This document shows positions 52,682 to 61,760 of a stretch of DNA of 64,000 nucleotides, one piece after another (the stretch's first letter is position 1; each line of letters begins with the position of its first letter). Location of the stretch: contig OZ076413.1 in the NCBI GenBank assembly GCA_964187785.1, positions 46,376,001-46,440,000 on the forward strand, given 5' to 3'. This DNA is from Amphiscolops sp. MND2022. Taxonomy: Eukaryota. The notes below the pieces were generated by a model, which was not told the DNA's origin, ran no database searches, and saw nothing but the letters and a program-made list of their open reading frames with translations. The position numbers and the translations under genes are program-made.

Positions 52682-53905
52682 ATGGCAACGCCATCTACAC
52701 CGTCAACTACAGGTACTTCCACCGCCTCAGTGTCGACACCCTCGCCAGCAACAACGACAACAAGTGCGAGTGTTAGTGCCGGTGGGAGTAGCTCGGCTAC
52801 TCCGGGGCACTCGTCAGCTTCCACAAGCACAACAATGAGTACTACGACAACTCCCACAGCCTCATTTTTTACTATCCCTGGCACGTCTAGGCCACCTCCG
52901 AATACACCATATATTGCCCCGCTCCCGTCATGCTTGATGCCCGAATCCTTCACGGGTAAGGGCGATTTTGAAGATTACCTTCAACAATTCAACACCGCAG
53001 CACTTTTATCAGGCTGGTACTCGACCGCGCACGATAATCGCCCCCATTACTTCGCATTACGCCTGAGAGATAATGCGCTCCACTTCTACACAACTCTGTC
53101 CGCCGCCCAACAAACAAATTTTGATCAATTGATTGACGCTTTCCGACAGAATTACACTACCAATGGGGACATTTTGAAGGCCAGGTTGAAAGCTGCTAAA
53201 CAGCAGCCTAACCAGGATATTTCAGCATTCCTGTGTGACGTGCGCACATTAGCTCGACGGGCATACCGAGACACGCCTGGCCTGATTGACCCTATGGTAA
53301 TGACATGTTTCATAGAGGGCCTTAAAGATAAGACGCTCCGGTTGGAGTTGCGAAAGGCCAAACCAGCAACAGCTGATCAGGCTTTAACGTTGGCGATGGA
53401 ACTCAATTCGTTCCTAGAAATTGAATGTGGGGGCGCGAAAGCGTCTCAACTCGTCAATCGGGTATCTACTGACGATACTCCTGCAAGTGATCTAATGACG
53501 GAGTTTGTTCGAACTCTACGGCAAGAACTGCAGAGGAGCCGACCACAGAATAGTGGTTAAGGGCCTCAAGGGGACGGTAGGCGCAACAATAGCCCCTCAA
53601 ACCTAAGACCCCGATCTGAAAGTAACGATTCTACTAAGAGTAACCCATCTGTCCGCTTCCAGTCTGCCCAGAATTCCTCCAATTATCGAAACAACGAAAG
53701 TGGGAACAATAAGCGAAACAGAGAGAGTTCACCTCATCCTTCAAAGAAAAGGGATGACAAAACAACAGAAAGTAACAAGAAAATGTGTGATCGTTGCAAG
53801 CGTACTAATCACGCAACAAAGGACTGCAAGGCGTGTTACAATTGCCTAAAGGTCGGTCACTTTCGAAGGGACTGCACCGCCGATAAAAAGAAACCTTTAA
53901 ACTGA
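52682..53905 (+). pseudogene. gag: gag, 407 codons with one premature TAA at 53558
   Basis: S/T-rich N-terminus, PESFTGKGDFEDYLQQF capsid-like region; the frame continues past the TAA to CDRCKRTNHATKDC and CYNCLKVGHFRRDC, then TGA at 53903. Confidence 0.92.
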
Positions 53906-53945
53906 ACGAGTCTACGCTCACGGGTCGAAGCGCAGACGAGACCAC
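53896..53945 (+). promoter_or_regulatory. -1 ribosomal frameshift signal
   Basis: T TTA AAC heptamer (53896-53902) just before the gag stop, followed by a gtct-a-cgct/agcg-c-agac stem. The -1 frame is open into protease. Confidence 0.85.
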
Positions 53946-56310
53946 CGAAAATGGCCCACAAATTCAGACGCTCAACTCTGTGATAGATCACAGAAGTGTT
54001 TTTGTCCAGTTATCTATATGTGGTAAGATAATCGAGGCTGTGTGTGATAGTGGAGCAAGCGTGTCTTGTCTGAGTTCGAATGTCTTTGACCAAATTAAAC
54101 AGTTACAGAAATTAAAGCTGGAGCCAACGCAAGAAAAGCTCGTGGCAGCTAACAAACTACCAATTCAAACGCACGGCAAAGTGCTTCTGTTGTTGAAAAT
54201 TGGACCTAAACAGTTCGAACATGTTTTTCATGTCTTGGAACATTCAGAAGCCGATTGTTTGATCGGATTAGACTTCCTAAAGAAACATAGGTGTGACCCA
54301 TTGATTTCAAAAGACGTACTCCGGTTGGATGATGACACGCAAGTGCCCTTGTATCATCGAGAAATCGATGAGGGAACGACTTCCGTATTTCGAGTAGTCG
54401 TATCAGAGACCGTTTCGGTACCGGCAGGTCACTCGATGATAGTGCCTGCGCTTATGCAAGACTGGAAACGTCCGTTGCATGAAACAGTGTCCATATTTGA
54501 ACCGAATGATCGGTTCGATGGGACAAAGGAGGCAGTTGCTCCAAACATGCTGTTCAACTTGGCCGAGCCAACCGTACCCATGACGGTGGAAAACACGGGC
54601 AATGAACCACTCACAATTTATGAGAAAACGACATTGGGCACCTCTGAAATCCTTCCCATTAGAGCCCTGAGGAGCATCTCTCCTCCGAAAAGCGAAGCGA
54701 TGGGACGTGAGAAGCTGGACCCAGCTTATGATTTGAAATATGTGATTGACTCTGTCAGTCCCGAAATACCGCTGAAATTAAAAAAACAATTCGGGGATCT
54801 TGTCAATGAATTTGAAGATGTGTTCTCCAAGAACCAATGGGATATAGGTCGTTGTGACGCCACTAGTCACAAAATCGATCTCCTACCTGGCTCAAAACCA
54901 AATAAATTACCGAATCGCCGCATGCCATTGCACTACAAAGAAGACCTGCAAGAAAATATAGATGCCTTCTTGGATAAACAATTTATTGAACCCTGCCACA
55001 GTCCATACAGCGCACCGGCAATGCTCGTACCAAAAAAAACGACAAGCTGCGCCTAGTAATAGATTATAGGCAATTGAACAATCAAACGATAAAGTCCTGC
55101 TGGCCGATTCCGTCAATTGAAGAAATTTTCGACACGCTGGAGGGAAGTGCGTTCTTCTCAACAATCGATATGTCTTGGGGATTTTATCAAATACCCATGG
55201 ATGATAAAAGTCAAGATTATACTGCTTTCAGTACACCGTTTGGCTCTTTCAAATGGCTCCGGATGCCAATGGGCCTTTCGAACAGTCCACCTATGTTTCA
55301 GAGTTTAATGGAAGTAGTTCTTTCCAAGTTGATCTGGAAAACTGTCGTCCCGTACTTAGATGATTGTATCATTTTTGCGGCAACACCCGACGAACATATC
55401 CGTAGGATTCGAGAAGTCCTAGTTCGCTTCCGGGCAGCGAATCTGAAAATTAATCCTCTGAAATGTGAGTTCTTTAGAACAAAAGTACAGTTTCTGGGCC
55501 ATGTCATTAGTAAAGATGGTCTACAGGTGGACCCCGAGAAAATTGCTGCTGTCAAACAGTTCCCCGTTCCGGCCATACAAACTCATGTCAAATCATTTCT
55601 GGGACTTTGCTCATATTATCGGCGATATGTGAAGAATTTCGCCGATATTGCAAGACCACTACATAAGGCCAGTGAGACAACTACCACCTTCAAATGGACA
55701 CCTGAAGCACAAGACGCTTTCGACAAACTGATTAACGACAACACCAATTTTAGCTTTTCCATCTATGAAAGAGCCGTTTATTTTGTACACGGATGCTAGT
55801 TTGTCAGGAATGGGGGCAGTCTTAGCTCAAGTTCAAGACGGAAAGGAACGAGCTATTTGTTATGCTTCCAAAGCTCTTTCACGGTCTCAAATGAATTACT
55901 CAGCTACTAAACGCGAACTCCTGGCGGCTGTACATTTCACACGTCACTTTAAACATTACCTACTGGGCCGTAAGTTCATTCTCAGAACTGATCACAGCGC
56001 TCTGCGCTGGTTGCATAACTTCAAAGACCCAGATGGTCTTGTAGCTCGTTGGCTTGAAAAACTAGCCCAGTTTGACTACGATGTGGAACACCGACTAGGG
56101 AAATCCATCGGTCATGCCGATGGACTTTCTCGAATTCCTACAAAACTGGTTTTGCTCGTCTCAGAGGAGCCCAACGTCGCGGGGGTTGAACAAACAGGCG
56201 AGTGGCCTAACGCTCAATCCGCGAGAGATATCAATGACATACCGCCCGCCCCGGCTCCCATTCCGGGGGACGTCTTAGAACGTCTACCTTCCAAGTGTAG
56301 AGTGATTTGA
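53896..56310 (+). pseudogene. pol: pol: protease, RT and RNase H (two frameshifts, stop at 56308)
   Basis: VCDSGASVSC (protease); IDYRQLN, LRMPMGL and YLDDCII (RT); LYTDASLSGMGAVLAQ, ELLAAVHF and RTDHSAL (RNase H). Breaks at ~55035 (A-run) and ~55740. Confidence 0.95.
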
Positions 56311-56373
56311 TCCAAATCATCGGAACCCCTACGGCGAAGGGACGTTTTTGAAGTGGCAACGGAACCGAAGAAT

Positions 56374-56787
56374 TACACCGAGATCAATGGCGACTTGTTT
56401 GACTCAAAGGACTCAATAGCCCATTGTGTCTCAGCGGATTTCAAGATGAGTTCGGGGATAGCTCGGTCTATCAAACGGAAATATCCCACTGTGCATCCGG
56501 GACGTGTCCGATATTACGATGTCCCTCTGTGGACTCAGTGGCTACCGGAAACCAAGAGGTATATTTATCACCTTCTGACGAAGGATCGTTTCTACCATAA
56601 ACCGACATATGCGGCTCTTCGAGCGCATTTGGAACGCATGCGTGAACATGCCGAAGCACACGGCGTGATGGCGATTAGCATACCTCAAATTGGTTGTGGC
56701 CTTGACCAGTTGGAATGGCCTTTGGTACGCACCATAATCCAAGAAATCTTTGAACCCTCGGACTTTCGCATCACTGTCTACTTTCTT
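56374..56787 (+). CDS. TARG1/OARD1-class macrodomain embedded in pol between RNase H and the integrase region
   Basis: GDLF..DSIAHCVSADFKMSSGIA, YIYHLLTK..YHKPTY, IPQIGCGLDQLEW and ITVY align with human OARD1 motifs; same reading frame as the RNase H ORF. Confidence 0.93.
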
Positions 56788-56859
56788 GATCCTTCCACAC
56801 CCGTTTTGAACCATGATGAAACTGAAATACTCGAGGCGCCCGATACAGAGACCAACAAC

Positions 56860-57112
56860 CCTACCGAAAACATCCGCAAAGGACAAGATGCTGATGAATC
56901 GTTACACTTAGAACGAGAGTGGGTACGACGAGGCCGTTTACCACAAAAAAATGATTTGAAGGGATCACCCGAGCTCGCGTGGAAGCTGTATAATCAATTT
57001 CACAGTCTATACCTCTTGAATGATGTATTATGTCGGAAATTTGAACCCACCGGTGGCGATCTACCGTTCCTACAGCAAGTAGTGCCTCCGGCCCTTGTAG
57101 ATGATGTCCTGT
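56860..57112 (+). pseudogene. pol: Pre-integrase segment truncated by a deletion
   Basis: IRKGQDAD..EWVRRG..LYNQFHSL...VLCRK..QQVVPPALVDDVL normally precedes the integrase HHCC finger. No HHCC or DDE core follows. Confidence 0.8.
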
Positions 57113-57130
57113 CGTCCCGTTCTCTTTCAG
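57112..57130 (+). promoter_or_regulatory. Candidate env splice acceptor
   Basis: cgtcccgttctctttcag| ends at 57130, 16 nt before cgccATGc. Confidence 0.6.
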
Positions 57131-57146
57131 AAAATTCCCAATCGCC

Positions 57147-59414
57147 ATGCCTCCTTGTGCATTTTGGGTTGTGTGTCTTCTTACCATAGACATTCCTCTC
57201 TCGTGCGCTCAGGTTCAGTTCAGTACTCATCTCAACGACAACTTGGAACAACCTGTTTTCAAAAAGGGTGCTGCTTTCGTATTCAAATACCAAGCAGTCA
57301 CCTCTGAGAGTGAGAGTAAGGTTCGTGTATTTTCCCCTTTTCCTCAGATGCCAACAATCAGCCTCACCCGTGCTCTAGCAGTTGTAGAGGCCTTTAAAAC
57401 CAAACCCCGCGGCATCGGTTCCATGTATGTTAACACACGCTGTGAATTTACGAACTTCAACAACACTTACACCCTACTTCTCGAGCAACTAGAGACGCGA
57501 GTCCGCTTTCTGCAGTTGGAACTAGCAGCCGCTACAGAGGAGGAACCCACCTTGATGGAAGTAGCGAGATCATTTATTCCACCTAGCATGAAGAAAGATA
57601 GTGCACCTAAACGACAACGTCGTGCTTTTTGCGCTATCGCCGCAATAGCAGCTGGAGCGGGAATGATTCTGGGTGAACCCGTCAAAGAGGCAGCGTGCAC
57701 CGCGCTCTCCATTTTCAATTTATGCCGCAATGACGATGCCCTGTCAAAAGATGTCGATCAAATTATGACCAAACAGAAAACAATAATCGAAACATTGCAA
57801 CGCGTACAGAGTCAAAATGATCAAAACTTCTTCTTACTGGGAAATGAAATCAAGGGCACTCAAGAGAGCGTCACGAATTTCAGGGATAAAGTGGGAGAAC
57901 GCTTCCAGCAAATTGAATATTATTTAGTGAACGCTACTAGATACTTGACTGGAAGTAGTCTAGAATGCGATAAAGTAATAGTTCGACATATTCATCTTTT
58001 GCAGTATATTCGTAATTATATTTATCAATTGGGTACCTTGTACACACATTTGAAGTCGTATCGTGCCGCTTTTTACGCTTATCGTATTTCGCTCTTCACG
58101 ACAATTTCATCCTTAGCTGGTGGTTATATTACACCACAATTTCTGCTTCCGAAACAGGTTGCTGAAATTGTCAAAGAGTTGGCCGAAGACGAAGTTCTGC
58201 GGGGAACTAAATTGTCTCCTGCAATTCGCCCTGGTTTTGAGGCAATTCACTACGAGATTCAACTTGTCCTCGAAGTAACTCAGATACCTCGTGGAATCTC
58301 GGTAATACTTGGGATCCCGATGAATTCAAAATCGTCGACATTTGATATCTATCACGCGACCCCTTTATATCAGCCCAACAATGACCAGAAAACGGCCTCT
58401 CTTTTCAGTTTCACAAATCCGTTCCTCGCACTCTCCACCGACAATAGCAGATTCGCAGAGCTAGGAGCCAATACGCTGCAACAATGCTCGGGTAATAACA
58501 GAATAAAACTTTGCCGGAAGGGTTTCTCTACTACCACGGACGAAACCCTGTTGTACCTGGGCTCTCTGTTTTATAACTATGACATCCCAGCCCTGCGAAA
58601 TTGCGAGGTTAAAACCGTTCTGTTTCCGGACGCTCCTCAAGCCTTCTATCTGGCCGAAGGGATGTACCACATCATCTCTCGAGCCCCACATCTTCAGATA
58701 AAGAACGATAGTCGAGCTACAGACCTGTCCATCTCTACCATAAATTGTCAGGCTTGTGTGATGCGCCCCAGCTGTTCTAGTATCATTTCATTTAATCAAG
58801 GAGATCTCGTTTTGTATCCTGATATGGATTTTTGTGAAACAAACCCTGAACCTTTTCTAGCTTCCATTGAATTAACCCCCTCACTTAATAAGGTCTTTTC
58901 GCATGTCCCATCGATTAGTAACGCTGATTTTCATGCCTATTCTCTGGGTGAAGCACGTCAGTCAGTCCTAGGTACTTTACGCCTTGAACTGGCTGAGCTA
59001 CCAGACGTCGAACAAATGACTGAAGAAACTCTTGACGAGTTAACTCAACCAATCGCTAGCTACTATTCAGCAATCTCGCCAGCCACGTCAGCAGCCTTGG
59101 AATCTTATCTGCCCACTCGAACGGCTATCCTTATGTCAACTCTGTCGATTACTATCTCGCTGTTAACATTCTCGATAAGCTTCACGCTTTTCCGACGACA
59201 GTGGCGACGCCTCTTTACTAATCCACAAATATTCTTTCGGGGTCATTCAGGACGTTTCATCCACATTGTCAACACCGCAAGTGATGAATATGAAGAAACG
59301 GATCCAACTTTTTTGTACCTGACCGTTATGGAGTTTCAAGCTCTTGTTTCTCTGGCAAGAGAAACAATTAATCAACCTATACCTCCTAACACGAATTACA
59401 CTACACTTTTCTGA
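57147..59414 (+). CDS. env: Envelope glycoprotein, class I fusion protein (baculovirus F / errantivirus Env-like), 755 aa, intact
   Basis: Signal-peptide-like N-terminus; furin site RQRR (aa 156-159) followed by hydrophobic AFCAIAAIAAGAGMILG; heptad region; GYITPQF, VILGIPM..FDIYHATP and a Cys-rich region; TM from aa ~659; cytoplasmic tail. Confidence 0.9.
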   Translation: MPPCAFWVVCLLTIDIPLSCAQVQFSTHLNDNLEQPVFKKGAAFVFKYQAVTSESESKVRVFSPFPQMPTISLTRALAVVEAFKTKPRGIGSMYVNTRCEFTNFNNTYTLLLEQLETRVRFLQLELAAATEEEPTLMEVARSFIPPSMKKDSAPKRQRRAFCAIAAIAAGAGMILGEPVKEAACTALSIFNLCRNDDALSKDVDQIMTKQKTIIETLQRVQSQNDQNFFLLGNEIKGTQESVTNFRDKVGERFQQIEYYLVNATRYLTGSSLECDKVIVRHIHLLQYIRNYIYQLGTLYTHLKSYRAAFYAYRISLFTTISSLAGGYITPQFLLPKQVAEIVKELAEDEVLRGTKLSPAIRPGFEAIHYEIQLVLEVTQIPRGISVILGIPMNSKSSTFDIYHATPLYQPNNDQKTASLFSFTNPFLALSTDNSRFAELGANTLQQCSGNNRIKLCRKGFSTTTDETLLYLGSLFYNYDIPALRNCEVKTVLFPDAPQAFYLAEGMYHIISRAPHLQIKNDSRATDLSISTINCQACVMRPSCSSIISFNQGDLVLYPDMDFCETNPEPFLASIELTPSLNKVFSHVPSISNADFHAYSLGEARQSVLGTLRLELAELPDVEQMTEETLDELTQPIASYYSAISPATSAALESYLPTRTAILMSTLSITISLLTFSISFTLFRRQWRRLFTNPQIFFRGHSGRFIHIVNTASDEYEETDPTFLYLTVMEFQALVSLARETINQPIPPNTNYTTLF

Positions 59415-59523
59415 AACCAACACCTAAACATATTCTTCTTTCTGTCTTTCTATCAATGTCATCATTTGTTTCATTTTTCAGCAAACTAGACACACTCAAC
59501 TCAGTTGATGAAAGTAGGATAGG

Positions 59524-59872
59524 TTCTAACTTTGTTAGAAGTCTCCCAACGCTTGCGTTGGTGTTTGTCTTACCACTTCATTGTGTGTAGCCCAATTTGG
59601 TGTATAATTAATTTGAGGACGTCCCTCAAACCTTCTCACTTATTGCCTTGATCTCCCCGTTAGTATGCACCTTTTTAGCCTGTCACAAGTATCCTAGTCT
59701 GTTTCCCATGCAGCTAGTGTAGTTAATGAGATTATCGTCTCCTAGTTGCTTATGTATATCAACTAGTGCGCTTAAGTTCATCACTCTTGATGTATCCTAG
59801 TTGTGTCCCAACCTCAACTAGTGTAGCAAAATAACAGTCCCAGTTTCCCAGTTGTATCTCAAACGCAACTGG
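59524..59872 (+). other. Hairpin cluster including a four-unit stem-conserved, loop-variable array
   Basis: Array stems at 59694-59717, 59742-59766, 59797-59821 and 59848-59872; further hairpins at 59524-59540, 59546-59561 and 59612-59630. Confidence 0.85.
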
Positions 59873-59976
59873 TGCAGCCGCCACAAGTTACTCCTCATCT
59901 ATGTTAGTCATTTGGCTACAGCGTCATTCGAATAAATGTTCTTCGTCAAAACTAATCACACGCATTCTAAAGGAAG

Positions 59977-60999
59977 GTGTTTCTAACGATTCGTTGTTAC
60001 AGGTACAAAATTGATGCCGCAGACAATTCTCCAGCTCCATTCTTGCTCTCCGATGGGCGGGTACACCATCTGGCCCGTGGCCACATCGTCCGTGTCCTAG
60101 ATGTTATGGACTATCGTGTCATACGATGTAACCCACATCGCCAAACAGTCATGATCCAAAAGATTAATTCTAATGACCGCCCCTTTGGCAGAAACGCTAC
60201 TGAACTCTGGTTGCCACCCCCGTTTAAATCGACTATTGCAATCGATGTAAATTTTGACCCAATTCCAATGGAGTGCGACTGTCCATCCCCCTTGCCACCC
60301 CGAGTATACCCAGATATGGTTGATGCGACAGTGGAGGCCTCCTTAGGACAGGACGAAAGTCTCGAGTTTTTGACCGAGGAGTTCAGTTCGGTACAAGACC
60401 TCCACAGTCAACTAGAAGAGGCTCGAAAAGCCTCCGAAGTTACATTCAACTTAATGAAAGAAAGTGTGGAGATGAGCCGCCAAAGAGCAGAGCATATTAC
60501 GGCTTTGGAGACAGAGATAGAGGGTTTTAAAGTTCGTCTGAAAAACTTAACGTAGGAAAATGAGTCGCTACTCCGTCACTTATTAGAGCAAAGTGCCGAA
60601 TTAAGCACTTTACGTCTGGAAACAGCAACGACGAGTAATCACCAGTTAACCACCAAAATGCTCTGTCACCAGATGTCTACATACCCCCCATCACTAGACT
60701 ACGTTGACAACAACCTTTTATTCCATCTTCTTTGCAGTCCGCCGACCTCAACCACAAAGGAATTGAAGGAAAATGCCCACCATTTGTTGAGGTTGATTCA
60801 CCCGGACAAAAATCCTTCTGTCTCCCCAGCGGTTGCCAAATTGGTACCGATAATCAAGGAAGCCCGGAATATCCTAACAGACCCGACCCTCAACAGGATT
60901 TACCAATGTTGTGGGATACAAGGTGTAAGACGTGCGCAAAGGCGCCTTCGGACCTGCATGGACTGTGATCCGCATGTCCGCAAATGGCTGGCCCCTTAG
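59977..60999 (+). pseudogene. Accessory ORF4: unknown N-terminal domain, coiled coil, C-terminal DnaJ J-domain (one in-frame TAG at 60553)
   Basis: ORFs 59977-60555 and 60658-60999 share a frame and the sequence between them is open. J-domain LFHLL...KELKENAHHLLRLIHPDKN...IIKEARNILTDPTLNRIYQCCG, with HPD at 60799-60807. Confidence 0.85.
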
Positions 61000-61018
61000 T
61001 TGCGAGGACGCAACCTTC

Positions 61019-61032
61019 AAAAGAGGGGGTGG
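61019..61032 (+). promoter_or_regulatory. Polypurine tract
   Basis: aaaagagggggtgg immediately before the 3' LTR. Confidence 0.8.
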
Positions 61033-61756
61033 TATAGCGAACCAGGCACTGCCATAAGCGGAGAGAGATGACGAATGGCAGATGCTTGGAAAGTAAATTA
61101 TTAAAACAACTTGCAACGCAACAATAACTTGTATCTTTATTATTTATCGCTCTTGAGAGTTCTTGAGAGTGCTCGAGAGAGCAATATAATGATTTTAAAT
61201 ATTTAATCCCCTCTGTGCCGCTCAGCCGCAGCACTCCATTTCTACAGTGTGTTTACATTATTAAGTAACTTGAGGCGCTTTTTAATTTCATTTAGAAAAG
61301 AGTTGGAGACGAATTTCTTCTTATTCTTTACTATCGCGAATGCTTTCCCCACATTCCCCTCGTGTGCAATAAATTATTAAACGTTAAAAATTGAAAACCA
61401 GTTTCTGATGCAGATGCTTTCCCCACATTCCCCTCGTGTGCAATAAATAATTAAACGTTAAAAATTGAAAACGAGTTTGAGAAAAAGATTCGAACATTAG
61501 CAAACTCAACCGCTGAAATGTAAGTTGCTTCCCATACTAGTAATTTTATCTTGAAATTTTATCTTATCTGTTCACTAAATAAAGATAACTTAACTAAATT
61601 TTCTTTGTCATAAATTAACTTTCTCTATTTCTAAAATTCTTTTCGTAGAAATCTTATAGAGATAACCCAATCATCAAAACACCAGCAATCGCCCTGCGCA
61701 TTCGAGCTATAGTAACATTAATAGCAATATTGAACTAGGAAAAAGCGATTGTTAAA
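61033..61756 (+). repeat. 3' LTR
   Basis: Direct repeat of 50528-51249 with about 15 differences. Confidence 0.95.
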
Positions 61757-61760
61757 ATAC

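Larger units (their letters stand above)
50528..61756 (+). mobile_element. Env-bearing Ty3/gypsy provirus (errantivirus-like), 11.2 kb, with accessory ORFs
   Basis: LTRs 50528-51249 and 61033-61756 (about 2% diverged), TSD ATAC (AATAC also fits), PBS, PPT, and gag/pol/env. Confidence 0.95.

Noticed and set aside
52645-52953. Antisense ORFs over gag, pol and env (also 53152-53361, 57467-57730 and others)
   Set aside because: They are shadow frames of the sense-strand coding sequence with no independent motifs.
57147-59414. Env domestication (env intact while gag, pol and ORF4 carry lesions)
   Set aside because: About five or six lesions in ~5.5 kb elsewhere predict only about two in env, so zero is not significant. 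Env also shows a likely Cys-to-Tyr change (LLYLGSLF).
59694-59872. CRISPR array call for the hairpin array
   Set aside because: Variable sequence lies inside the repeat loop as well as between units, the context is a eukaryotic retroelement, and no cas genes are present.
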